Positions 48,763-61,896 are shown, numbered from the whole stretch's first letter. The stretch is 63,666 bases of DNA, filler included, from Folioceros fuciformis (GCA_049999805.1; 8 parts of 8 records of this genome joined end to end with filler, not necessarily neighbours in it); one strand, 5' to 3'. A program made the numbers and translations. The notes: a model not told the origin generated them from the letters alone.

Positions 48763-50087
48763 NNNNNNNNNNNNNNNNNNNNNNNNNNNNNNNNNNNNNN
48801 NNNNNNTTAATTAATTAANNNNNNNNNNNNNNNNNNNNNNNNNNNNNNNNNNNNNNNNNNNNCTTAGCCGGGCTAGGTCCATTCCTACTACCTGCTGCTT
48901 GGCCGACCTGCTAACCTCCGGATCCAGCCCCAGCTACCTGCAAGCCAGCGACTGCCTGGCTAAAACAACTGGGTAGGCCGCTACCTGGCTTCGGGATCCC
49001 CCAGCTAGCCTGCTGGTTTTGTCTGCCGGCCAGCAGGTCTTCCACTCGGCTGCTGCTGGCCCGGCCAACCCGCCGCCGTCTAGGGCTGGCTGCTTCCTGC
49101 CTAGCCCCTCCTAGACCAGCCAGCCCGTCTGCTGGCTGGCTAGATTCAGCTGCCTTGCCACCACAACCTAGCCTGCTTGGAGCCGCCCTACGGTAACCCG
49201 GCCTGTTGAATCTTGCCTGGGCTTGCAGCCACTGCCGGTCCGCTCGTCAGATCCATTCCAGCAGCAGACCGGCCCGCCTTCCAGCTAGACCCTCAGCCCC
49301 AGCCTCCTGGCCTAAGGCCAGAGCAGGCCTAGGCACCCTTCCTCCTTGCCTATGCCCAACCGCCTTCCGCACGCTCCCGAGGCCCCAGCTCACCCTCACA
49401 CACCCGACTTAGGGTCCCACGCACGCTGGCGTCCCTCTCCACAGGCACACTGTCAATAGGATCAACTCCAATCTACGTGCAAATGTAGGAGAGGAGAGGA
49501 GAGAAGAGAGGGTGGTATTGGTGATCACAACCATGAAAACAATACACATCACCATTGTCTTACTATGGAGGTCCGAGGTCTCCATTTAAGTAGTACATTT
49601 AGGGCTACACAACTTCCAGGTTCAATATGGGATAATCTACACTATCCTAAGTTCACTAATAACTAGAACTAGTCTAGTATGAACCCAACTGGGATAACTA
49701 ACACCACATGAGTTTAGCTCATATAGAGCTCGATAACTCAACACACACCCTACCCCCTATTTCACATTTTCCACGGCCATGGGTTAGCTAGACGATTGTT
49801 GTCTTTCTCAACTGCACCACCACTATCTCCTGATCATCCTATTTAATCTAGCCTTATCTAACATAGTTTCCTAATTACCTCTACAAGGAATTCTATCAAA
49901 ACTCCAAAATAAACAAATACCACCCATTTTCTAAGAGGCCTATCTCCCATGTGGTCTCCATAGGTTTACCCAAATTGCTGGTTTAGATTACCAGGAGACT
50001 TTTTCTCCAGCGGTGCGTGCTCAGTCCATCCGCATTATCCTGGCCCTCACTACCAAGTACGACCTGGAGTTGCAGCAGATGGATGTC

Positions 50088-50353
50088 TGTAATGTATTGG
50101 AGTAATCTACTGCATCATGTAGATCAAATTGTAGCAAGCAACATGAGCGCACGAGCTCTGGAGAGACGCACCAAGAGAGTAACGACTTAAGAGTGTATCA
50201 AAAAGAAACAAAAGCCATTAAAATTGTATTTTGTAACCATTTTAACCTAACATATATAATTATACTAATGAATGGTTATTCTAACCCTTTTTACCATTTG
50301 ATAATAACGAGTTAGTGTCTGCCATTTAAATACTATTCCAAACGCCCCCTCAG
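50088..50353 (-). mobile_element. 3' LTR (~255 bp) plus PPT of a nested minus-strand element
   Basis: Minus strand PPT TGAGGGGG near 50345-50352, AT-rich LTR ending ...CATTACA at 50088 where the host RT breaks. Confidence 0.6.
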
Positions 50354-50587
50354 ACCTAACTTGCAACCTTATCCGGTTAGAATCAGCGTGAGGCGCAGGC
50401 GCAATCTCCACGCACAGCTCCACTTGACTAAAAACGCAAGATGTGCTCCCATTACAGATCCAAGCGCGCTGATCGCAGCTCACCTGTTAGAGTTTGCCAT
50501 CACGATTCAGCTTGCCACTGGACACTAGTGCTTGCTTGGCCAGATGCACAACAACCAAGGAACAGCTGAAGCCCGAAGCCTAGTTGC

Positions 50588-51947
50588 TGTGAGGAGGAAG
50601 ACGCACTGCAGGAGAAACTCGGAGTCGAAGTTACTATCGAAGGCAGGGGACACTCCAACCTTCTCGCATTGGTGGAAGGTTGGCGAGAGAGATTGTGCTA
50701 GCTGTCTTCAAGGCGGTGTGTGTGGAGTGATTTCTTGCACCCAAGAACCACCAAAGGGCCACACCTCCCCTTATTGTTGTTGCAGTCTTTTGATTCGCTC
50801 CCAAGGGAGTGAACTAGTGTCAAGGCACACCTACAGCTATCTACTCACACTTCTACCTATTAGCCGGTCTATAGGCCTGAACACACACACACAACAAAGA
50901 GACAAGAAGCCTAGCCTATCTTCAAATCAGCTCACACCACTCACACTCCAGATCTTCAGTTCTTCAGCTCTTCATGATTCCCACTTCAGTCCTTCCTCCT
51001 TCATTTCAGCCCTTCACTCGTCACTTCAGCATACACTCCTGCACCTCAGCAGCTCACTCTTCACTTCTATGCACTTCACTCCAACTCTTCCTCTCTTCGC
51101 TTCAGCTATCCCCTGGAAATTCGGACACAACGGCTTCACTCCTTGCAGCCTTCAAGCGTAGTGTGGATACTAGGACTGGATACCCCTCCTGGCTCACGGT
51201 CTTATCACTCCACTTTAGCCAGCCTGCGAATCATTCAGCCCTTGCGGATCCGGCCACACGGATCTTGGCAGTCTTGGGATCCTCCACGTTCTCCTAGTGG
51301 CAAGGGAAATAAGGACCTTGGTTCAGTCTCAACCAGCCCAGCGCCCTAAGCCAGGAGTTCTGCACACAAGATCCAGGGAAATCGCACCGTAGACAACCCC
51401 CCTTCAATGGCAGGTCTAGCCTCTTATACTACCCCAGCCCAAGACCCCATCTCTATCTAGTAGGTTAGCCTCAGTCCACTGCCGATAGTCTCTCTCTCCA
51501 ACCTAGCCTATCCCTAATTCTGACCTAAGCCGCCCCTAACTCTGACCTAACCCTAACCTAATCTAGGTCTGTCCCAACCTGGATCTAACCTAAACCTAAC
51601 CTAGGACTGACCTAGACCTAACCTAGGTCTGACCTAGGCCTAAGTCGAGCATAACTCTAACCTAATTCTAGTCCTAATTGCCCGCTACCCCCAGGACACT
51701 ACTAGTTGCCCCTACCAACAATCCTCCTACCAACAATCGTCAGTGCCTTTCAAAACTGCCCTTGACTCCCTCAAACCTCCCCGCATGCACTAAGATAAGC
51801 TGACAGTAGCTCCAGACTAGGAATTCAGACTGTCATCCTTGGAGTGTCACTCAGAACACCCCCCTTCTTCCCCCTGGACAACAAGCCTTCTCCCTCTCAG
51901 CCCCAGCAGGATCTGGAACTTGAGCCCCTAGCATCCCCTCCTGCACA
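50588..51947 (+). mobile_element. Composite large LTR: TGTGAGGAGG...CCTCCTGCACA containing a nested TGTGGAGTG-family LTR from 50721
   Basis: Inverted termini. 50721-51330 is homologous to the reverse complement of 29100-29768 (CCCAAGGGAGTGA, GCCACAC.GATCTTGG, AGTGGCAAGGG). Confidence 0.7.
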
Positions 51948-54900
51948 AATGCCTTCAGCAACGACTAAGCTTACCAGATATGAGTGTCCTGTCATAGATG
52001 CTGACCGCTTGGACATGCAAGATGTTCCCTATCGCTAGGCCACTCGCCCTCAATTCGACACCTCCCTACAGCGCTATCATTGACACAGGCCTTCGCTATC
52101 ACCTAGTTTCGGGTCGGGCAGTCGACTTGTGCTTGCCTCGTAGTTGCCACTGCCAGCCAGCCGGCCGCCCTGGCTTGCCTACCTGAGAGCTGGCTAGGCC
52201 GTTGCCTGGATTTGCCTCGCTGCTTGCTTTTTGTCAGCAATTGGACGCGCCCTGGCATCCAACATTCAGTCACTACAGTGTTCCAGTTCTTGGATAACCC
52301 TGGTCGTGCTCACTGGACTGCCGTGAAACGTATTCTGCGTTACCTCAAAGGCTCGCCTTACATCGGACTCTGCTATCGACGAGGAGCACACCAGACCAAT
52401 CAGCTCACTCTTGAAGGATATACTAACGCCAATTGGGCCTCGGATAGTGACTCCCACAAGAGTTTATCCACTTATGCTTTTCTCCTCGCCCAAGCTTCCA
52501 TCAACTGGAGCTGCAAGAAACAGACCAATATTGCCCTGTTAAGCAATGAAGTTGAGAACAAATCCCTTATACATGCTACTAAGGAAGTGGAATGGGAGCG
52601 GTCTTTCTTACATGACCTCGGGCAGACACAGGATGGCCCCATTCACCCCTATTGTGACAATCAATCTGCCATCGCCCTTGTTGCCAACCCCCGATTCCAC
52701 GCTCAAACGAAACATATTGAAGTCCATCACCACTATGTTAGAGATGCTGCTGCCAGGGGGTTATTAAAAATTCTCTATGTGCCTGTTGAGAATAACACAG
52801 TAGACATCCTAACAAAGTCCCTACCCAAGGATAAGCACCAGAAGCACATGCAGGCACTTTGGCTGATGAACTTTCAACCCTATTTCAAACTTGTAGCATA
52901 ACATACTGCAAACAGGACTTATGGGTGAGGCCTGAGTCCTTAGTATTGTGGAGTATAGCTCTTCCTTTTGTGTTCCTACATGCCTGTCGTCAGGCGATAG
53001 GGAGGGTTAGCCACCACAACATAAGCAACAATCTGGAAGCAATAGTCTAAAACACAGGTCAGGTGAATGAAGCTCGACGCTAACCTAATCACCTGCACAC
53101 TGGTTTCCCTCGACTGCTGTCTCTTCTTCTTGCAGTATCTTCAGCAACCCAAGTAATGTATGTGCCTCCTGTAGCGGCCTCATCAAGCTGTTTTCATCGC
53201 CAGTATCTGCTGGGAGTTCTCCTTCTCTCCCGGGTTTCGTCCAGCACAAGGTCACGTTGAACAACACTTTCCACCCGCCAACCCTTAAGCTGGTCTCCAC
53301 CACATGGGTTTCACCCCAATCTTCCTCCGCTGCTCGACGCTTAGTAGGACGACCTCTCTTAGCCCCGCTGCTACTCCTGCTGCGCTTCGATGAACGACTC
53401 CCAGGCATCATATACATCGGTATTGCCCTTGCTATCTGGGCGCACAGGAAGATGGTTGTGAGGAGCGCTGCGTAGGCTGATGCGAGATTTATTCTCTGCT
53501 CCATCTCCTTCCAGCTCACACGTCCTCTCTGAGTGATGAGTGTCGCTCATTACGCCTCACATCCCATCTTCTCCTCGTGGTCGTTCTCACTTGCTTCGCT
53601 AGACCCGTGCTCAGTCCCGTCATAACTCCTAAGCTCGTCTCGCTTAAGGGAGGGTGTTCACGGGGTAACCTCACTCGCTTAGGGTTTCCCCCTGGTTAGT
53701 TGTGGTTAGTTAAGTTAAGTTTGATTATTCAAGGGTCACCTTAGCGAAGGGGTGCTTAGCATAGATAATATACACTCTTTACTTTACTTTGTATTATTAT
53801 TGTTTCTATTTGCCTTATGGTTATTCATCTCTCTTGCTCTCCATTTATATCACTTCCATCTCCCCTGCTTTCTTCCTGACCTGTTGTGCTACCCGCCGAC
53901 AACAACTCACAACCTGGTGGTGGAGGCAAGACAGGTGACCCGCAAACATTGGTCACAGCATCTCGAAGTCGCTCCAAGTGAGGGCTGAGACCGCCTTTCA
54001 ACCTCTCCAGCTCCTCCGCTTGCTCTTGGAGTTGTCGCAGCAACTGAGCCTTGGTAAGCCTATGCGTCGCTAGCTTTCGAACGCTGTCTTTAACCAATCC
54101 TTTCGCCCGTGCCATAGAAGCTTCCGTCGCTGCAACCTGCTCCTTCCTCTTGCTCGCCATGTTCACCGAACTCTCGACACTGTGTTCTTGCCAAAGCTCT
54201 CTCTAAAACCCTTGCCACCCTAAAGCTCGCCACCTTACGATGCTTCATGGACGCCGAACTCAAAACGACAAATTTCCAGGATTTTAAAAACTCCATTATT
54301 CAATTTCTTACACTTGCGTTGCCTTAGGCTCTCCTCACTTCTGTGACAAGTTTTAAGATCTTGGCTACTTCTCCCTCTTCAACTCATCTATTACACGGCT
54401 GAACCTTGCACAGCTCGCTTAACATTCGTCCTTGGATGTTGATGCTGCAAACTTTCAGTCTTCTAATCTAACCAAAGCTTCTCCTTCCTTGGAACATGAT
54501 GACAACTATGCTCATTTGGTCCAGATGCAACTTAATGCTCTAACTCGCTTCTTGCACCCTGGCTCTGCACATGCATGTGCTCAAGACTATCCCTACTTGT
54601 GCCATGTTTTAAGGAGGTCAAAACATTCTTTTCATAGTGACAAGTTTTAAGATGTCAGCCCGATGATGCTTCGTGTCACGCCATCGCAGCGTTTTCCTAT
54701 GCAATAACATGTACAAACACTAATTGGTAACACAAAACCTTTGATTCAATTGTTCAGTTCACTATAAGCTTCTCGGTTACAATCGCATATTGGAGCACTT
54801 AGTGCGTTCCCTGCTCATCAAGGTTTCTAAGCGAACTATCAAAAGAATGTTCAGTCATTCCTTCTTGATCACTATATACCTACGCTATTCCGTTACCAAC

Positions 54901-55784
54901 CACCTGGATGGTCATTCCTAAACCGTTATCAATTGTGCACAAAGTTAACCACCAAAACGCGCACTCTCCAACTATTCCTTCGTGAGAACTTTTACACGTC
55001 AACTGTCTCTTTAGTCAAAACGCAAGGGATTTACCCTTTCTGCAAACATATATATATCATGAGTAAACAGCTTATGCAGTCGCGATCTGCACAACAAGTT
55101 CAAACAGATGCAAAACTCCAACAGACTTTCTAAGTCATGGCATATCCTTTGTTTTTATGATCATGCTTAGCTTGTAACCTTGAATCGGAGAATACTGCTT
55201 ATTGGATGAAGAGAATTGTATAACATTGGACACCAAGTGTAGGCACTTGGTTGCGTATTCATGGCCAATGAATGTCTCGACGAATGCATGATGTGTGTTA
55301 AACATCAATTTGTGTTAAGTGAGAGAGAAGGACGTGAAAATGAGGAAGAATGAAGGAGGCAAAGTAGATCTCCACCTCAACAACACCCTAAGTTTTAGCC
55401 TTCCCTACCAAGTCTATACATTTGGAATAGAAGTGGACCACCAAGGTTAGGGCATCAGGATGTGGCACCATGTGTTCAAAGGTTGAATGAGATCTTAAGA
55501 GACTGCACCCTCCTAAGGGCCAAGTCACCATAGTATTGGGCCACCACATAACAAAGAACCTCATTCCCTAAGCTCTTTCTAAGACTTCAACTTCAACACT
55601 CATATACATGTGTATTCCCCATCAAATTCAGTACTTCAGAAAGTCATCTTTACATTTGTTTACAATAATTTTCAAAATATTTTAAATTTTATTTAAAAAT
55701 TAAATACAAAATAAAATTTCTATTAAAAAAAATAAGTATATACAATAGTAAAAGTCTATATTTTAGGGAACACTAAAACACAGT

Positions 55785-57183
55785 TTAGTTTTTCCAAGTG
55801 AGTGATCCTACGAGCAAGATGAACTCCGAAACAGGTTGTAAGCATGGTGTCCTATATGAAATTGTTTTGTTATTCATATTTACATCGACAACATGTAAAA
55901 ATATGATAATTATTTTGGTTAGAGCTTCATCAACTTCCTTAGTTGACGATATTGCAATAATTGAATGTCGAAGGTCAGTGTGATGGTAACAGGGACAACC
56001 TTGGTTTGATCGATTTGTGACTTTTGGCCAAATGGAAGAAGAGATGGAGAGAGCTTTAGAGTCTTTCTAATTTTATAGAGTTTAACATTTCCAAAATATA
56101 TAGTTGATACTGGAGGACGTACTTCATTTCTTAGAATGTTGCAAAAGTAATTTTCGTACATCATAAAACAATTTACAAGTCGTGTCTCGTCACTTTTGTG
56201 TTGCACACCACCTGTTACATCGTCACTTTTGTGTTGCACACCACCTGTTGCATCGTCTCTTTTGTGTTGCACACCACCTGTTGCATCGTCACTTTTGTGT
56301 TGCACACCACCTGTTGCAGCCAACTTCACAATGTCCAGCTCTTTATTTTTTGTGTTTTCATTATTTTTACTTTCATTTAACATGTACCATAAATGATCAT
56401 TTCCTATCATGCAAACCTTATCAACTTTAAATACTTCAATTACTTCTAAAAGGACATCATAGCCCGCGAAATCAGAATTATTCAAGGCTATAGAGTTGAT
56501 AATCATGGCTAATTTATCATGTATATTTTCTAGTTTGGTCATCTCTATGCTTTGTACTAACTCTTTAACCAACCTTTTGTACACACCAATATTTGTATCG
56601 TAAGTTAGATGACCATAATAGTGCACTAGATTCAACGTCAGATCTAGAGGCAACCTTTCTTCTACATTTATGGGTTGTTGTATCTGAGTGGTTGTTAGAG
56701 TTTCTGGCATTGTCTTATCACCTCGACCAACATCAAGATTAACATGCATTGGTTTGCGTCCTTGCTGCACAGCCCAATTCAATAGCATGTTTGAAAAGTA
56801 GTCTTTCCAGAGTTAGATGAATTAATTGCTAGCATTCTTGGACCAGGTAAAGAGCTCCATTCTGTTTGTATTCTTCTATTCTCTAGGTCTTCATGACACT
56901 TCAAATATGCAAGCATTGGGGTTGGCATATCGACATCTACCCTTGCAAAATACATGAAGTGGTTGTCTCCTACCACTTCGAGTAATACTTGATACTATGT
57001 GAAAATAGCAAACTCATTACTAGATGAAAAATTTAGCCACTTTCCAACGCACATTGGAGCTCCAAATATTTCAGCTTTTCCTACCAAAAGCTGAATTTTT
57101 AAAGATCCATGCATACCCACATTTATGCGGAGTTTCTCATGTGCTTTAAGAAAGAATTTTCCACATATGAATTTAGAATCCAT
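55785..57183 (-). pseudogene. CLP1: Divergent intronless CLP1 (polynucleotide 5'-OH kinase / CF IIm subunit) pseudogene
   Basis: GKAEIFG, AIFT*Y, TPMLAY, GPRM...SGKTT (P-loop), LLNWAV, LDVG, LVHYYGH, GYDVLL, GGV, LPFG, C-terminal LLVGSLTW. One stop at 56995 and two frameshifts (~56785, ~55975). Confidence 0.9.
56187..56318. repeat. 33-bp in-frame tandem repeat x4 within CLP1 (ATGGVQHKSDD)
   Basis: TCGTCACTTTTGTGTTGCACACCACCTGTT(A/G)CA x4. Confidence 0.95.
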
Positions 57184-57285
57184 TTTTCTGCAGTATTCAA
57201 CTTTTTGAAAAAAAATGTATACAAATCTATATAACTTCGTAAAGTAGACCAATGTGCGGGGAATCCTGTCAAATAACCTCTGAAA

Positions 57286-57480
57286 TGTAAGAGATATATC
57301 TATCCACCAAATACTAATGTCGAGGAAAGAGTTTAAAGAAAAAGATAAAGAACAACCCTACCTAACATATGCTGAAGTAGCTCGCTATCTTACAAGAGTT
57401 TAAAAGAAGAAATTAATATTTCAATATATGAAAAACATCCAGTCTATATACAAATATAGTCATTAGTAACGCCCCCTTCC
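57286..57480 (-). mobile_element. Probable short 3' LTR (~185 bp) with PPT
   Basis: Minus strand GGAAGGGGG PPT then CGTTACTAATG...TCTCTTACA (57286). Confidence 0.45.
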
Positions 57481-57704
57481 TTACGTGGCATAAAAGGAAG
57501 CAACAGCCTCGAATCTCGTCTATTCACTTCACAGCCCTCTACTTACAAATCACTCACTCCCTCTTACACGACTCAGCATTGGGCTCCAAGTAGCCCACCA
57601 TCCACTGATGACTCGCATACCACCTCCTCTAGGTGCTGCTCTTTATTCAAGATATGTGATGGAACCTCAAGCATATGATATCTTGGATATGCTAAGCATG
57701 CAAG

Positions 57705-57924
57705 AAGCACTAAGAAAAGGTGTGATGTTCAACTAACTTAATAAAACACAAAAAGAACATACATGTATACAAATAGGGTATGTGCCCTAAATAAAGTATG
57801 TTTAAGTATCTATAAGCACTTAGAAAAGGTGTGATGTTCAACTAACTTAACAAAACACAAAAAGAACAGACATATATACAAATAGGGTATGTGCCCTAAA
57901 TAAAGTATGTTTAAGTATGTATAA
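57705..57924. repeat. ~110-bp tandem duplication
   Basis: AAGCACT.AGAAAAGGTGTGATGTTCAACTAAC...TTTAAGTAT at 57705 and 57814. Confidence 0.9.
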
Positions 57925-58643
57925 TTAACCCTAAGAGGTTATTAATCTAACAAGATACTTACAAAGAGTTTGGCGATCTATGCCCCACTGGCTACTGCCC
58001 TAGACTCAATCTCACAAGCTTGCTCTTCAAGCCCTCCACAACTATGTCTCAAGGCTAGACTTCTCACTATCTGCCTTTGTCTCTATGTCTCTGACCTTAC
58101 ACTGGACTATTCACACTCCACAGCTAAGCCATTGCTAAAGCTAGGAATGATACACATCACTCATCTCAGAATACTAGTGATCATAACAACTCCATCCTTC
58201 TTAAGAGGTTTTGCCTGGAACACACATCTTGTTTCCTAAGCCAACAAGAAGCATACTTGCTTCTTCATAAAGACATCTCTAGATTTAGCTTTTACCTTTC
58301 TACTTTTAACTTTCACCTTATTTCACTTGTGCCATTACTCATCTAGTACCATTCGTATCTCGATGTGGCTTCATTTATTTAAATAAATATATTAGCAATT
58401 AGTTAATTTTTAATAATAATAAACAATATAATACTTGTGTACGAGTAGTTTAAGTAAATAAAAATTTTAAAACCCCTTAGAAAAAGGATACATGTGGGCA
58501 CCCAACAATGTACCTCCAGCCAAGATGCAAGACAAGACCCAACTTCTGCTCTTGCATCTAGACCCCCTTGAGGGCGAAATGGGTGAAGGCCCATTGTGAT
58601 GGGTACACTATTAGCCCATGTTTCAACGTTGTTTGCAAATTGA

Positions 58644-59172
<529 letters not shown>

Positions 59173-59488
59173 CAAGATGTATCATCACCGCTTAGTTGGA
59201 ATGCTACTAGCAAAATCGAGTGCTTAGCGCCGCTTTCCATGTGGCTGAAACAAAACCAAAACTACTAAAACCAGGGCAGTCCGCTTTCGGAGGGAGGAAA
59301 GATTCTCCAATTAGTTTTGGCCCTCTCCAACCCTCCTTTCCGCCTTTCACGCCAATGTTTGGCGCCCTTACGGGCTATGGGCAGTGTGCCTTTCTCCGGT
59401 ACATCCCGTCACTTTGTGGAGTAGGCACATTGTTTATTCTCCATTGCAAAGATTGTCACGGTGTCGGTGTCGAGGTACAGAATCAACA

Positions 59489-60570
59489 ATGGCAGTCAAT
59501 CAGCCCTTGGTTTTCGATTCCCAGCAACCTCCTCTTCAATCACAGCAATTTTTTGTGCCTTCCTCTTAGCAGCATCACGCTGAGAGGTCTCCAATGGCAT
59601 TTAATCAACCCTTGGTTCTTGATTCCCAGCAACCTCCTCTTCAATCATAGCAATTTTTTTTGCCTTCCTCTCAGCAGCATCACGCTGAGAGGTCTCCATT
59701 GCCTTCTGTAGTTCCACATAGACCTCCTCCTCCCTTTGCTCCATTGCCTCCACCTCCACCAACACGAATGTGTTGGAAAAACAACGATTGCCTTGTGCTT
59801 CAAGTAGCTGTGAGAATTGAAGAAGAGAAACGGGCATTTGGTGGTGTAAAGGAGAAGATGAAGTCCGCAACGGTGAGGTGGGATGTTGTAGCCAATTATT
59901 GTGTGAAGCATGGCACCAATGCTTCCCCTAACCAGTGCAGATCCAAGTGGGAATTGTCACGGCAACAATGGAAGAAGATTTCTGACTATAGTCGGCATGG
60001 AATGCGAAGTGGTCACTCAAACTATTGGAGAATGCCTTCATCCGATAGGAAAGAAAAAAAAATTGCTTGTGGACTTCAACCGGGAATTGTATGAAACCAT
60101 TGTAGCCTAGATGGTGGTTATGAACTCAGCTGTTGACCCTCCAAATGATATGATTGTCGACTCCAATTTTTTGCAGACTCCAAGTACTTCAAGTTGCTCA
60201 ACGATGCCTACTGAGTCAGGCTCCGGTTGTCAACTAGATGTTTCAAGTGAGCCCACAGAGGAGGCATCAAAAGCTCCAATAGATCCCCAACAATGGACAA
60301 CAGAGAGGATTAAGCGCATAAAATTAAAGGAGAAGGCCGTTGATACCACATTGTCTACAATGGCTGAATCATTTGTCTAAGCTCTTAGTGTTGTTGAAGA
60401 CAAGAGAGGCATACATCATATTGAGAGTATGCAACTGGATACAAGGAAGCATAAAGAGTTTTTGCAGTGCAACAAGGACATGGTTCACGTGCTGAACAAT
60501 ATGGTACAAGTTAATAGAGAGATAGGGCTTGGTTTCGTTGCAGGTTTAGGGAAAATTGGAGACGGAAATC
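59489..60570 (+). pseudogene. Myb/SANT-like trihelix ORF, probably the DNA-binding partner ORF of a PIF/Harbinger transposon
   Basis: W...RWDVVANYCVKHG...NQCRSKWE...WKKISDY...NYWRM..DRKEKK/L..DFNRELYE plus C-terminal coiled coil. Intronless, several stops, 105-bp N-terminal duplication (59489/59594). Confidence 0.75.
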
Positions 60571-60743
60571 TAGGCAAAACCCCGGGCACTGATTGCCGAC
60601 GGGTTCCACCTTTAGTGGCCACACTTATCCCACTGTCGTTGAGNNNNNNNNNNNNNNNNNNNNNNNNNNNNNNNNNNNNNNNNNNNNTTAATTAATTAAN
60701 NNNNNNNNNNNNNNNNNNNNNNNNNNNNNNNNNNNNNNNNNNN

Positions 60744-61896
60744 TGCAGGGGAAGACTTAGCGGGCGACCATCCAGCAAGGAAGAGGCGGCGTCCGCAGAT
60801 CTTTGAAGATCAGACATCCTCCGAAGTCTCTGGATAGTCTAAGAGGTGGTAGATCCTTGTGGTGGTACGGCCAGGAGCTCATTGGTGGCAGGTTGTGCTA
60901 GAAGTCTAAATAAGTGGCTAGTGACAGCCGGCTAGGCTATCAAAATAATATTTCTCAAGTTAGAGAGAGGTGAAGTCAGAGAGAGAGAGAGGCTCCTGTA
61001 AGATCAGGTGAGCCTGTAGGAGGAGGGAGTCATTCACTTTGGGAGTCAGTCTATCCCTTCGTGAGCTCTTGGAGGTCCTCTCTTCATGAGCTCTTGTGGT
61101 CTGTCCCTGCTTGGTTTAGGACCTGCAGTGTGTTGCCGGCTGTGCAACGTCTGGTAGGATCACAAGCCGTGTGTTGCCGACTGTATAGTGTCTGGTAGGA
61201 TCGCGGGCAGCGTGTTGCCGGCTGTACATTGTCTGATAGGATCGCGGGCAGCGTGTTGCCGGTTGTATAGTGTCTGGTAGGATCACAAGGTGTAATGACC
61301 AGGGTGTGGGGGCTTGCCCCTAGCTCTTGATTGTAAAGGATGTGTCTTTCTCTCAACCTGCCCACTCTTGTTCCTTGCTTGGACAAGTGCTGTAGGCCGG
61401 CCATGTTTCATGGTGTCTGGTAAGGTTGTGGGGAGGAGATATCCAAGAGGGGAGTGTGTTCCCTTCTTCCTTTTGTTTGGGGTTAGTCTAGTGACTCTTG
61501 CCGGGTAGGAGGAGTCAGTAGGGAAGTGTAGAAGGTAGTGGTGTCATTGTTAGTTGCTGGTGTTGGTGCTGGAGTGAGAGAGTGAGTGAAGTGTGTGAGG
61601 GAAGTCGCAGATCTGAGAGATTAGAGTCGTTGTAGTGACTGGAGTGAGTTTGTGGGCACCGAGAGAGGTGCAGCTGACCGCCGGACAGCGAGACCTGTCC
61701 TACGCCTGATCGGAGCTGGAGGGGAGCCCTCGAATCCATCATCGAGTCGATTGAGTCCGACCCTCCATCCACAGTAGCAAGGAACCCCATCGCTTCTTCG
61801 TGGGAACGAAACCCAATGTCTCAACGACAGTGGGATAAGTGTGGCCACTAAAGGTGGAACCCGTTGGCAATCAGTGCCCGGGGTTTTGCCTCCACA
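60744..61896 (-). mobile_element. LTR of the TGTGGAGGCAAAACCCCGGG family with internal ~41-bp repeats
   Basis: Reverse-complement match to 30110-30785; starts TG at 61896; GATCCTACCAGACACT...CGGCAACACG repeats at ~61125-61285. Confidence 0.85.

Larger units (their letters stand above)
49961..53904 (+). mobile_element. Ty1/copia RT-RNase H remnant with nested insertions, ~750-bp 3' UTR, PPT and ~250-bp 3' LTR
   Basis: GFTQIAGLDYQETFSP...QMDVC (49961-50090); TKLTR...VPYR (51948-52040); SNWTRP...TKHIEVHHH...DILTKSL to 52901. PPT AAGGGAGGG (53646-54) then TGTTCAC at 53655. LTR end ...GACAACA near 53904 is tentative. Confidence 0.88.
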
